From assembly GCA_023213395.1 (NCBI GenBank), contig CM041465.1, positions 96,293,741 to 96,357,740 of the forward strand: DNA of 64,000 bases, read 5' to 3'. A model generated the notes under the pieces. That model saw only the letters and a program-made list of their open reading frames with translations. It was not told where the DNA came from and ran no database searches. Source of the DNA: Cycas panzhihuaensis. Its lineage: Eukaryota > Plantae > Cycadophyta. A program made the translations under genes and the position numbers. Positions 1 to 12,199 of this stretch are shown piece after piece (position 1 is the stretch's first letter; each line of letters starts with the position of its first letter).

Positions 1-3000
1 CTAAGTTATAAGCCATGAATAATTATTAATATTAACACTTCTAAGTTGTTCCAACTCATGGGTGTATTACACCTCCTTCTATATAAAGTCTTGAATAGGC
101 TCACTCCTAAGGATGAATGGATAGAATTATTATATTAAAAAAATTCTAACTGTAAGTATTTCTCCCAATTTGTAGGCCACTCCATAGTGTACATCTTGAG
201 TAAATCCTTGAATGCTTGACTCACTCTCTTAATTTTCACATCTATCTTAGGATGGTATTTTGTATCAAACTATAGCTTAGTGCCCAACACTTAGAACAAT
301 AATTTCTAAAGATTTAAAGTGAGCTTGTTGTCCCTATCAAATACTATGGCTTTTGGCACTCCATGTAATCAAATAATCTCCTTTATAAATATTTCAATAA
401 TGTTTGGTATAGTATTAGTAGAGTATATTGGTATGAATTGTGTAGACTTAGTTAGCTTATCCACCATAATTAATATTGTATCATGTTATCTAGTGCTTCT
501 CAATAAACATATAATAAAATCTATTGTCATTATTTTCTACATCCATTCAAGTATTTCTAGTGATTATAACATCTAACTAGATGTTTATATTCTATTTTAA
601 CCTTTTGGCATGCCAAGCATTTTGATATATAGGTTAAAATATCCTTCATCATGTCAAGCCAATAGAATTATCCTTTTATAATAGCATATGTCTCATTATA
701 GCCTAGATGTCCTATATAAGGTACTTCATGTACTTTATACAAAATAAGTACTCTAGTTTTAGGGCTTTATGGTACACAAATTCTTTGTTAGTATGCCAAA
801 GTACCATTTTCCATTTCTTTAAACCTAATAAACTTCCTTAATAACTTGGCATTTATATTTCATTATTTTCTTTGTCATTGCAATGCATTCTAAGCTTATT
901 TGCATAATGTTCTCCTATGATTTTAGCATACTTATAATAATAATATGGTATGTTTGACTCAGAGTATCAACAATATTATTTTACTTACCTTTGATATAAT
1001 TTAATTTAAAATTAAATTCGCTCATATATTCTATCCATCTATGTTATCTAACATTTAATTATGGTTGCATGAAGATATGATATGAACTACTATGATCTAT
1101 TTATAGTTTAAACATTTGTCTAGTAAATAGCATCACCAAACTTTAAGTGCATGAAGGATAGTCACAAGCTCAAGATCATGCATAATATAGCTCTCTTTAT
1201 ATGCTTTTAGCTTTCTAGATCCATAAGCCACCACTTTTTAGGGTTGTGATCTTAGAAAAGTCTCTTACACGCTTCTTGTAGTATTTAGTAAGTCCTATAA
1301 AGCTTTGTACCTCTTACATATTCTGAGGGAAAGGCTAATCCATAATTACTTTTATTTTCTATAGGTCCATAGAGATGTCTTTAATTAAGATAACATGCCT
1401 CTAGTAATACACCTTATCCTTATAGAATTCACACTTGTTAAATTTTACATATATCTTGTATTCTCTAAGCAATTGTAGCACTATTTGTAAGTGCTCATCA
1501 TATTCTTCTCATGTCTTAGAGTAGACTGATATATCATCAATGAAAACCATCATAGATTTATCTAAATACTATTTAAGTACATTGTTCATCATGTACAAAA
1601 AAGTTGCTAATGTATTTATCAAACTGATAAATTTATAGTGATTGTACCTCATTCTGAATGCTATCTTAAAGGTGTTTTAATCCTTAATTTTGATTTGGTA
1701 GTACCTAGATCTTAAGTCTTTTTCTTTTTTAACTCTATTGCTCCTCTTATTTGGTTAAATAAATCATTTACCTAGGGTAATGAGTATTTATTCTTGGTAA
1801 TAGCTTTTCTTAAACATCTATAATCGATGCATAGCCTAAGAGATCCATTATTCTTTTTTATAAATAATATCAGAGCTCCTCATCGTGATGTATTAGGTCT
1901 AATAAACTCCTTGTCTAGAATCTCATATAGATACATCTTTAATTCAGTTAATTTAATTATGGCTAGCTTATATAGAGCCTTAAAAATTGGTCTTTCCCTT
2001 GGCATAAGCTCTATGGAATAATATACATCTCTCTTAGCTGGTAATCTAGGTAATTCATTAATAAAAACATCTCAGAACTCTCTCACTAAAGGGAGGTCTT
2101 CAAGAGTTAATTCCTTTTAGATTCTTCTTTGATTATATAGGCTTCATATACCTTATAACCTTTCCTTAACTACTTCTTTACATGGGTAGTAGAGATTTTT
2201 TCTATAAAAGTCGTGATCTTCTTTCCTTGTACTACTGTTGACTTCCCTTCATCATTTAAATATTTAATCAACTTATTAAAATGGTCAAGTTTAGCATGGT
2301 ATGCTTCTAGACATTCCATGCCAATAATGATATCATAGTCTCTTAGTGTTAATATTTGGAGATTGATTTTTATAGATCATACTTCCCACTCAAGAGGATA
2401 AAAAAAGGTATAAACTTTGTCAACCCCCTTTTATTACCATTTACCATATTAGAAACCCATCTCTTTGTATGTGCTTACCTTTGGAGTTTACATTTCTCAG
2501 CTAATTTAGGATGTATGAAGTTAGAGCTACTTTCAAAGTCAATTAATAGTGTAAGTTTGTGATTTATGATCTTCCCTTCTACCTAGACCATGGCAAATTG
2601 GCAACTAGCATATCTTTCTTTAATTGCCATTTGCACATGCATCTACTTTGTTATCATAGTACTATTCCAAATGGTATCTCTACTTGAAATACTTTACAAA
2701 CCTACTCCATAATATGTCTCTTTCTTATGGTGCTTCCACCATAGAGATGCCTTACCTATCAAATTATACACTACTACTCTTGCCTTACCATTAAACTTAC
2801 AATTGTTTAAGCTAAAATACTTTTCCATATTGAGTAGCCAAGACTCTAATTCATCCTCTTCAATAACTTCTCCACTAAAAGTTGGTAGCTTTACCTATCT
2901 CATCTCAAATTATAGTATATTCCTCCTACCTTTATGCCATGTTTATCTCAACCTTGGGGTTTCATTAGAGGATGTTATTCTTATAGAGTTACATTTGTCA

Positions 3001-3516
3001 CTACATCCACATATTTTTTTATTAATCCTCCTAATTAAATGGTCATGAGTTAATACTTCTTGTGATCTACTTCTTCTTCCATTACTTCTTATATTATGAA
3101 TTCTTTTAGACCTTTATTGCTATATGGTCCTTTGGATATTATGAAGTATAGCTTTATGGTTCTTAAGAATATTCTCATTATCTTCTCTATAACTTTTTAA
3201 TTGCTCTTGTTGGTGTGGACTATCTTTACCAATGTCACCAATACATCATCTTGTAGGCTTAACCTATGCCTTGGAGGCTCCTCTATTTTTATCTCTTGTT
3301 TATTAATATTAAATTAAACCTCTTGATCCATCTACATATAATCTTTAAACCTATCCATTCTTTATTCCCATTGCATCTATGCCCCAACTTAATCTTCTAC
3401 TAAACACTACTTTGAAAAATTTGATAATATTCAGGTAATGATATAACTTATCAACTTCAAATCTATTGCCTCAAGAGTGGTATTTGGTAGCCTTTTGAAC
3501 CTAGGTTCTAATACTA
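1..3516 (-). mobile_element. Degenerate Ty3/Gypsy internal region (gag-PR-RT-RNaseH-integrase), running off the left window edge
   Basis: Minus-strand RT motif VFIDDI at ~1531-1547. Protease-like region ~2300-2560, RNase H ~1000-1300, integrase <700, i.e. Gypsy domain order. Decayed tRNA-Met PBS (plus strand ggttctaatacta, 3504-3516). Many stops. Confidence 0.88.
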
Positions 3517-3518
3517 AT

Positions 3519-6500
3519 TATCACAACCCAACCTACCCTAACATACTTCTATGCAAGTATGAATAGTAGACAAATGTAATACATTAGGAGTTTTTTGCCA
3601 TTTTAGTAACTAGTTGTATACCAATCTTGAGTTTATAAAGGATTCAATGAGAGTAATGCATAATGGAATAAACACCTAAGTATATATGTAAATCCAAGTG
3701 ATAAAGGTGTTTAACATACAAATATAAAAATCTCTTCTTCCATCACCCAAAGTCATATAAAATTATAGGTAGCCATAACCAAGTAAGAGTATACAATTAT
3801 ATATAATGTCTTATAGCATATAGTCAAAAGCTCTATAATATGGTTAGGAAAAGAAGTTGTCCAACTATATTGTAATTAAAGGGTTCTTCCATCTAAACAA
3901 TCACAATCCTACATAAGAAAGTGCCCCTCTACTAGAGTAAATTATATGAATATAGGAATATTAGTTTTCCCCCTCTTCACTTAGCCCTTACCTAAGTGGT
4001 CACATTAATAGCTAGTTTAAGGCCTTATTTTATATAAAATTCTATAATAAAGAAGTTGTGTTAATCCATTGTTAATGCATGTGAGCATACCCCTGCTTAA
4101 AAGCCTCATTAGCCATACATAAAGTATTTGTTTATGCTCAAGCCATGACTATTCTTTAAACTAGATTAGTAATGTTAAGTCAATTGGGGACCCTTATCAA
4201 ACTAATCTTAAAGGACTACCTATTTATGACACACCCATAGGGTGTAACTAGGACTCAAGGGAAATAATTAATTATGACCCTTATCCTCAAATAGCTAGAA
4301 GGTAGAGCAACTAACTTAATAATATATAAATATGGCTTGGGAGAGTAACTAACCCAATCCCTCATGGAGAGAAACCAACTCCATCCTCACTAGAGCACAA
4401 TTAAGGATAAGTAACTAACTCAACTCCTATGTAAATACCAATAATAACTAAGTGTAGGGAAGTGACTAAACCCCACCTCATAAGAAAACCTTTGCCCCTA
4501 ATAATAGCATTCTAAGGAGATTAGAAATATAACACACCCATAAGGCTTTGGAATGCTCTAAGTATGCCCTTTTCTATAATAATATAAAATCTAAGGTACA
4601 AATATAACAAGCTTACCTTCTATAATTAGGTGGAGTAATAAATTCAATACCATATATATGAAGAGTTTATGGGAATCAACCAACTCAAAATCCCTACTTA
4701 GATAAAGATCATGGGAGAGTAACCAACTTAATCCCTACTCAAATAACGATCAAGGGAGAGCAACCAACTCTATCCCTACTTAGATAAGGATCAATGGAGA
4801 GTAATTAACTCAATCCTATTATAGATAATGATCATGTAAGAGCAACCAATTCAATTACTACTCAAATGTTCTTTGGTATTCCTCTACTTTCTCCCTTTTA
4901 TAACTCTTCTATGTATGCTTGATAATCCCCCCATGTCTCTTTCCATATCCTAATTGTCTATCCCATCTTCTCCTTCCTCAACTTTCCTTTCTTGCCTTTT
5001 GTTTCATGCTCCTAACTATCCATAATTCTGAGTTAAAGTCATGGGACTTAGTAGTTAGAATAATGCATGCAATGGTTGCTAAAAATAGCTTGCAGTTATT
5101 ATTGTTTGAATAATTATTAACTAATCACTACTCTTACTTTTAAAAATATCTCCTCATAGGAAACTTCTGGGTAGTCTCCACCTATCCAATTTTATATAAT
5201 AATTTAATATGATTCCATTAAGACTAATTTGATAAAATTTCATCAACTAATAAGAAAGTTGTAAGTGAAGTTGTGAAGGTCTATAAATTTCTCTTCAAAC
5301 TTCCATATATTTCTTTTACAATTTTAGGCTAATAGATACACTTTTCAAGTATAATTAATTATATTTAATCACATGGGAATGAATTCTTTTGAATTATGAT
5401 TCTAACACATCTAGAATCATCCAATTCTAACTATAAATGACTGAGATATCACCAAAATAATGAAAGGTTATCCTAGAGTATTTTTCTCTTATTTTTATGA
5501 GTTTAATCATAAAATATAAAATTATTACCTTAAATAATTTTTAAGCATAAAATCTATTTTCATAAATGGATAGAGCCTTAAAAGAGCTTTTAATCGATTG
5601 TTACGTGAAAAATAACTACGTATTAAGAAAGCTATGGTTATTTTAGTGAAGTATACATTTTGAGGGTTCTATCAGTTGCTTTCTTATGAGCTCTTTTCCT
5701 ACATTTTTTCTTTCTGCTAAATCCTCTCATATGACTTCTTCCTTAGAAAACATTTCTAAGAAAGACTCCTTTATATAGTAATTTTTTATATGAGTTCTTT
5801 ATACATTTGCCTTCCTCACATCTGTGACAAAATTATGACATTTTCATAAAAATCTAGTTCTGAAGTCCAAATTTAAATAATTATAACTTTCATATCAGAC
5901 GTTTAATTTAGGAGTACTACTCATTGGAAAGCCCTTAATATTATATTCATGATAAAATAGTTATTAAAGGCTAAAAGGTAATTTATAATAAATATTAACC
6001 CCCATCAAGCTTATCAACTTATTGAATTATTCCTATTCTGTAAGTGGTGAAGGTTAAATTTTTACCATATCTTTTTTATTTGATATCTATTTTTAGGACT
6101 CCTACCACTTGTTAGAAACCTGTTTATGCCATTTTTGATGTGGACTAAGACTTAAAATCTATTTATAAAGTCTGTAGTAGATAATTTTTGTATATTAGGT
6201 CCTCAAGTTTGATTTTACCCTTTACCTAATTGTCTATTAGTCATTTCTACAATTTTAGACCTTCATGGAATTTGGTTGAATTCCCTACTAGTAAATATGT
6301 AATTAGATGTAAATGGATCTATAGAAAAAGATTCAAGTACCCTTAAACTAAATTTATAACCACTTGAAATTACTTATTTATAAATTCTAAAATTATTCTT
6401 GTTATTATCCAAACTATACCTACCCTTCTATTCTTCCTTTCTTCATAACATCTACTCCCCTTGTCTTCAAAAGTAACTTAGTTTGATTATATATTGATAT

Positions 6501-6620
6501 AAGATAAAATAAAATAAATGTTATATCTTGTTAATTATTAGCATAAAAATCTAACGCCTTGCCATCAAATCACAAAACAAGCCACCTACCTATTCTAGGA
6601 ACAAAAAATGGTGCATTATA
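3519..6620 (-). repeat. Putative long 5' LTR of the Gypsy element at 1-3516
   Basis: Starts right after the PBS with tatcacaaccc (decayed TGTCAC). A plausible opposite terminus ggtgcattata ends at 6620. The partner LTR is outside the window, so the right boundary is unverified. Confidence 0.45.
4669..4866. repeat. ~41 bp tandem repeat, about 5 copies
   Basis: Unit approx. atgggagagcaaccaactcaatccctactcagataaggatc. Partial copies also occur at ~4300-4430. Confidence 0.85.
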
Positions 6621-7060
6621 GTACCTAGTAGAGTATGAATCAAACTTCCACCTCATAAGGATGAATAAGTAAATAAAAGTAGTAATCCCTTATACTTGGT
6701 GAAGCATAAACTAGCCTCCACCTTACATAGGGTGAACAATAAATAAAATGAAATAAATTACATTAATATAAAATATGAAGAAGATGAAAATGATAGGGAA
6801 AGATGAATAAATATGACTACTAATGATTTATCATGACAAAGTAGAAGTATATAACCAAATATTGATCACCTCAGGACTGGGCCCTTATAGTCCTTGAGTC
6901 ATAGGTAATTTTAGGGTTATTTATATAAGGTATATCTAAGCACCAAACTAGGAAAGTGTATGGAGTAAAAGGGCCTTAGTAAGGTCATTGTGATGCCTTA
7001 GAAATATCTACTATAATAAAGATCATATAGGGGAAGAACATGCATATTTATTTTACAAGA

Positions 7061-7448
7061 TAAAGGAAATAAAAATTCAGGAGAATAGGGCAAAACATAG
7101 AAGAGATAATCAAAACTTTAATACATCAATATAGCATGAACAAGAAAGCCATTATATTTAATCCATATTATGAAGAGAGTAACAAAATGTCCAATATTGT
7201 TGGCAGTGTCTAAAGATACCAGGGTTGCACACCCCTTAAATTATATAGTTTAGAGGAGGAGGGAAACTCCTCAACCCTTGAAATTCAAATAATAGTAAAA
7301 TAATCATAACTTAACTTAAATGAAATTAACTTAAACTAACATAAACTTACCTACACATGTTGAGCACCCACATGTGTAAATTTAATAATATGAGGTGTGC
7401 TCCTCTAGTTAGAAGGTGGGAGTGGAGTGATGACTATTAACTTCAACA
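7061..7448 (-). repeat. 3' LTR (~388 bp)
   Basis: Aligns end to end with 13475-13863; hand count 33 substitutions plus 1 indel. Ends taaagg...caaca. Confidence 0.95.
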
Positions 7449-7460
7449 TTCTCCCCTTTA
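7449..7460 (-). promoter_or_regulatory. Polypurine tract
   Basis: ttctccccttt directly abuts the LTR, giving AAAGGGGAGAA on the minus strand. Confidence 0.85.
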
Positions 7461-7531
7461 ATGGTCATCACGAACACTTGTATCTTCTCTTTGAACTTAT
7501 GAAATTTATACTTGAAGAAAACTTTAAAATT

Positions 7532-8170
7532 CTATTCCTTAGCTTGATCTTTATCAACTTGTTTTATCCTTATAGCAATATATGTCCTTTTATCATGAAG
7601 TGGTGCAAAAAATCTATAAGTGAATATAGCTATGAAAAAATTGTAAGTAAATAAAGCTTGATTTGTACAAAGATGAATAGTTGTAATTTTGACTTTAACT
7701 TTTAGAATTTTAACTTTGTCTGTCATATTATTAGGTCTCTTTTCTGTTATATTATAAGATTCATTCTCCCCCTCAAATGGAGGATCAAATTCTTGTGTAA
7801 CAAGATGATCATGCATTTGATTGGAATCTTCATTGGTCTTTTCAATATAATTTACCTCTTCTAGTACCTGTCTCACATACTCAACAAGATCAACATCAAA
7901 TACATTGAGGGTATCTCCCCCATAAGTAGAAATTAAAATATCCCATATGTATTTGGAAGTAGTTAATTCACAAACTCTAGAAAATACATCATCATTAATA
8001 ATGCAAAATAATAGTCCTAAGACTTCATTATCTTTTCTAAAATTTTCTTTAATATTAAGATCATATTCATATTATAAATACTTCAAAAGATCATGTGTAA
8101 TAAAATAATCTTGCATAGTCCTACACCATTGTGAAAAATTATACCTATTGAATATAGAAAATTGTGTCAT
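7532..8170 (-). pseudogene. Truncated Copia gag (N-terminal DUF4219/UBN2-like part)
   Basis: Minus translation from 8170 gives MTQFSIFNRYNFSQWCRTMQDYFITHDLLKYL, then KDNEVLGLLFCIINDDVFSRVCELTTSKYIWDILISTYGG, typical of Copia gag. Confidence 0.75.
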
Positions 8171-10664
8171 TTTATCAAAAAAAAAAAATTAGTACATAAA
8201 ATGTATACTTTTACCAAATCAAGAAGGTCAATAAATACAACCTTTCAATGCAATAAACCCTTTACCTCGATAATAATATATAATGTTGAAACTAAAATAC
8301 ATATGAGTATTTCACTTTGAAATATAAAGAATATGAAGAAACTGTTAAATAAAATAAATTGTACCTATTTAATTTTCAGGTCCACTTGACTTACCGTGCT
8401 TACGACCATTTTCTATTATAAATTAGCTTAAAAAAAAGCTTAAATAAAAGTCAAATGAAAACTTTAAATATATAGTATAAGTGATCAATACAAAATAAGA
8501 TGAAGAACTCCTTAAAGGAAAGGTTTAGAAGACAAGCTCAAGTTTGACAGCTTCAAAGTTGTACTAAATGATATTAGAATAACATGAAACTTCACCAGTA
8601 TAAAAATCAATGAAAAATATATTGAATGGAGCTAGCCATTTTGAAAATGAGTTCCTAGAAGTCAACATTTTAATGATCCAAAGGTATAGGCCTCTTTTTT
8701 AGGCCTAACAAGACTAGGGAGCTCAAAATAGTATAAAAATGGTAATAAAACTTTGTAGAATGCTGTAAAATAATCAAATATATCTTATAGAGCTGCTTAA
8801 TATCTTTTTAGTTGAAAAAATTTGAGAAATAATGCATGAAAATATGTAATAATGATAGATTATAGGCTATTAAGTACCTTAATTTTGATTGATTTGAAAG
8901 TTAGTAAAAATAATTTAAAGTGTATAAAAAACTATGTCAGTTCAAAGAGGAGTGAGTCAACTTCCCAACAAAACTAACAGAACTACATTCTAATATCAAA
9001 CAGAAAAGTTATAGTGAAATTAGCAACAAGTACTTTTATGGTAAAAGGTTTAAAAAGTGCTAAAAAATACTAAAGTATCACATTTGGCGATTAAAATAAT
9101 AATTAAAATAAATCTTTAAAAAAAAAGTAAATAGATGGTAATGAAGTTTATTTATAGTATTTGACTACAGAATAGATCTGGGCTGAAAATATTCTTTCGA
9201 TGATAAGATATACTATGTTAAAAAAGTGATTTTGTAAAAAGGTTTAAAATAGCTTCAAAATTGAATGATCAACTTTAAATTGACTGAAACAGGGTCAAAT
9301 CAGCTCCAAATTGGTCATATGACCAGTCAAAATCAATCTACAGAAAACTTTAGACATAATGGAGTAGGTTTTGTTAGAAACCGATGACCCAGTGAAACGT
9401 TATGGAAAAAAAAATCTAGTTGCCCTATGTAAAATAAAAAATTAAAAAAAAAAAAAATGGTATTATAAAGTCATGAACCCCTTTTAATTATAAATTATGG
9501 TCACATAAAAAAGATCACATGACTAGGGGCTAAAAGAAAAAGGGGATAAAACTTTAAAATACGGATTTGAAATATTATTCAAAATAATTAATTTTTTTTA
9601 ATTTTATATAAAAATTATATAAAAGAGAACATTTGAAATAAAATGACGATGTTGTCGTAATGCATAGACGGGCGACCTACACATAGTAAACTGCAATGAA
9701 TGAGGTGATTAACAAAATCGATGATGAAAAATAATAAAATAAAAATGCGCACTTATTATGCATGAATATATATATTTTTTATATATATAAAAAAGGGAAA
9801 ATAAGAAAAAAGGTCGATGCAAGGCAGTAGATCCTACTGTTGACACCAAACCAGCTGTGGAGAATTATCAAATTGATAATAAAAAAAGGAGGTGCTTCAC
9901 AGAGTATGAAAAACCCATGTGAACTTGCAAGATATTACGTTGTCGAACTTACGCAATCCACTCTGTAACCGGGTCTTGAAACCTTTATTTGACAGCACAA
10001 AGACTATTGTAGCAATGCTTGATGTCACAACCAAATTACAATGCACGCAGGCCACATAGGAAGAGAGAAATTGTAGTGGATGCAAGCCTGAAGGATTGTC
10101 AGACGATCTCTTTGTATCAGATCTTATTGGTGTAATAGTATCTGGACTTGCTATTGAGTAAATATTTGATTACAGTCTTGATTCACCTTCTAGACATGGT
10201 AATATTTATGGTTTGGTAAATGTTCTCAATTCAACCTAAACCTGTAAGATTGGATGTGCAGAAGATAGCAAATAATTGGAAATTTAATTGTGATATAAAA
10301 GATTTGTCCAAACCAGGTGGTAGTGCATTGTTGATGCTAGATGAAGTGCATGGATTTGCTAATGTTCCCTCAATTGAAGCTGTAATTTCTATAGCTTTAA
10401 ATGAAATGAATTATTTGTGGGAGTCTACCTTGACTAGGAATGGTTGCTCTATTAATAGTCCCAAAGGACATAGAGAAGGCCTAGGAGGAGTAATTCTAAA
10501 GTATTTGGAAGAATCTCCACCATCAGAGAGCCTATGGGAAACTAAATGTTTTGTCTTTGACAAGGATTTCTAGTCAAGCGTGGACTGAAGCAGCAAACAT
10601 AAAACTTTGCTATGCGTGCAAGGAACCTCCTAATGATTTTGATATATAGTCACATAAATGTAAG

Positions 10665-10889
10665 GATGATATGGTGCTTAAATCCTTTAATCATTTTTTG
10701 CACCAGAATAAGAAAGTTGATTTCATTGAACAATTTAATGAGAAATTACTTGTGAAGTAGGAGAATGAGAATCTTCGAATTCTTAATGTTAGAAGTTCTC
10801 AGTTGACTAAAGTGAGTAGAATAAAGTTTATGACTCCTTTGGCCTTTATATTTTTATATGAAAATCAACTCTTCCTTACTTTCTGGAAT
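10665..10889 (+). pseudogene. Captured fragment of a conserved plant WD40/transducin-like protein gene (At3g54190/At2g38630-like, from memory)
   Basis: Translates DDMVLKSFNHFLHQNKKVDFIEQFNEKLLVK*ENENLRILNVRSSQLTKVSRIKFMTPLAFIFLYENQLFLTFWN. Matches the recalled motif VLKSFNHLLHRNKKVDFIEQFNEKLLVKQENENLQILDVR...FMTPSAFIFLYENQLFLTFRN. Confidence 0.85.
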
Positions 10890-10949
10890 ATTATTGAGGG
10901 CTTCTTTGGGTGCTTAATATGACATTTCAAAGTTGTGATGGCTCAAGTG

Positions 10950-11124
10950 TGGCCTTTTGATCTTTCAGCTTATGAAACTTTGTCTATTACTTTCCAAAGA
11001 CGTCTTTCAAGCAATGTAGTGATGGGTATCTCTACTTGAATTCAAGAAGGGAATCAGAAAAGATCCTTCTGGTTATGTTCTTAACTCATAGAGCGAAAAT
11101 TCTATAACTTTTACTAGTTGTCCA
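10950..11124 (+). pseudogene. GHR1: Captured N-terminal fragment of a GHR1/SIRK1-type LRR receptor-like kinase
   Basis: Translates GLLIFQLMKLCLLLSKDVFQAM**WVSLLEFKKGIRKDPSGYVLNS*SENSITFTSCP. Compare the recalled GHR1 N-cap ALLEFKKGIKHDPTGFVLNSWNDESIDFNGCP. Confidence 0.75.
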
Positions 11125-11187
11125 ATGGAAAGGTTCTTACCTATATTTTATTTATTAATAAACTTTCTAATCTTGATGTTGACAGTA

Positions 11188-11400
11188 TGATGGAAATCTT
11201 GCAGATCAAAGGGACTTGAAGGTCGCCCAAATTAGCATTTCAAAGAAATGTGGTTTGAGGAAGCTACTTGATTATGTTGGTCCTGGATTTCTATTAACCT
11301 AGAAAACTTTGAAAGTGATCTTCAAGCAGGCGCTCCTTATAAATATGAGCTTCTTTGGGTGCTTTTGTTGGAAACTATTACTTGTGCACTAATTCAATTG
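11188..11400 (+). pseudogene. NRAMP: Captured N-terminal fragment of an NRAMP1-type metal transporter (TM1-TM2)
   Basis: Translates [23 protein letters not shown], then a deletion/frameshift, then [35 protein letters not shown]. Matches the NRAMP signature YxGPGFL...DPGNFExDLQxGAxYKYELLW. Confidence 0.9.
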
Positions 11401-12199
11401 AAAAAAGGCTTTGATTATGAGCCAATGGTTGCTCAATATGGGAAGTGAAGGATTATAATGAAGGCGTATTTTAAAAATTATAAATTTGTACAAAAAACAT
11501 TAAAAAATGTTTGAGTTTTTCAATTGTATAATCTTTGTACAATATGTATATCATGAAAAAAATATTTTTTTTTTAAAATTATATTTATAGAATAGCATTA
11601 AAAACTAATGAATCAATGGAGCCAAGTGCTTTTGAATACTTTTCCTTTTTTGTATGTATATCAAACGATGTGCAAAACTTTCTGAAAATCCTGAGAACTT
11701 GTTGTTTCAAAAATATTCTACCAACAACAATAAAGATAGCTTGACAAAAAATGAAACTTAACTCTAATGTTGACATATGGCTATTTTTATGCTTTCAACC
11801 TTATAGCAAGTTATAAAAAAGAGAGATCTGGCTCATCAAATCTCACTACCACATAGGCTCTCAAGGCCTATATGTGAATAGAGCAAATATACAAATATAG
11901 TAGAAAATATTTTAAAAATTATATATTTATATAAAACATAAAGATGAGTAATGTGTTTGAAATCTTTCAAATATACTTTAGAGTTTCACAAAAAAAATCT
12001 TCAAATAATAACAGTCAAAAAATATTTAATGGAGGAATATAACCATACAACAAAACCATAATGAACCAAGAAATTTTTTAAATATTTTGAAGAGAGTATA
12101 TAAAAAAAATGCATATGTATTTGTATTTGAAATTTTTTAAATATGTTGAAGAAGATGTATCAGAAAACTAAGAAACATATATATGTTTAAATCTAAAAA

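Noticed and set aside
4669-4866. CRISPR-like regular repeats
   Set aside because: Head-to-tail units without unique spacers, eukaryotic TE context, and no cas genes.
10220-10573. [10 protein letters not shown] as a PLP aminotransferase or helicase Walker B gene
   Set aside because: Only a short motif matches; no other family motifs, so no product was assigned.
10890-10925. IEGLLWVL resembling an XRN exoribonuclease motif
   Set aside because: Needs a frameshift and is too short to support.
9820-11450. Functional host gene or exons in situ
   Set aside because: The pieces come from unrelated genes, contain stops and frameshifts, and lie between paired LTRs with a TSD.
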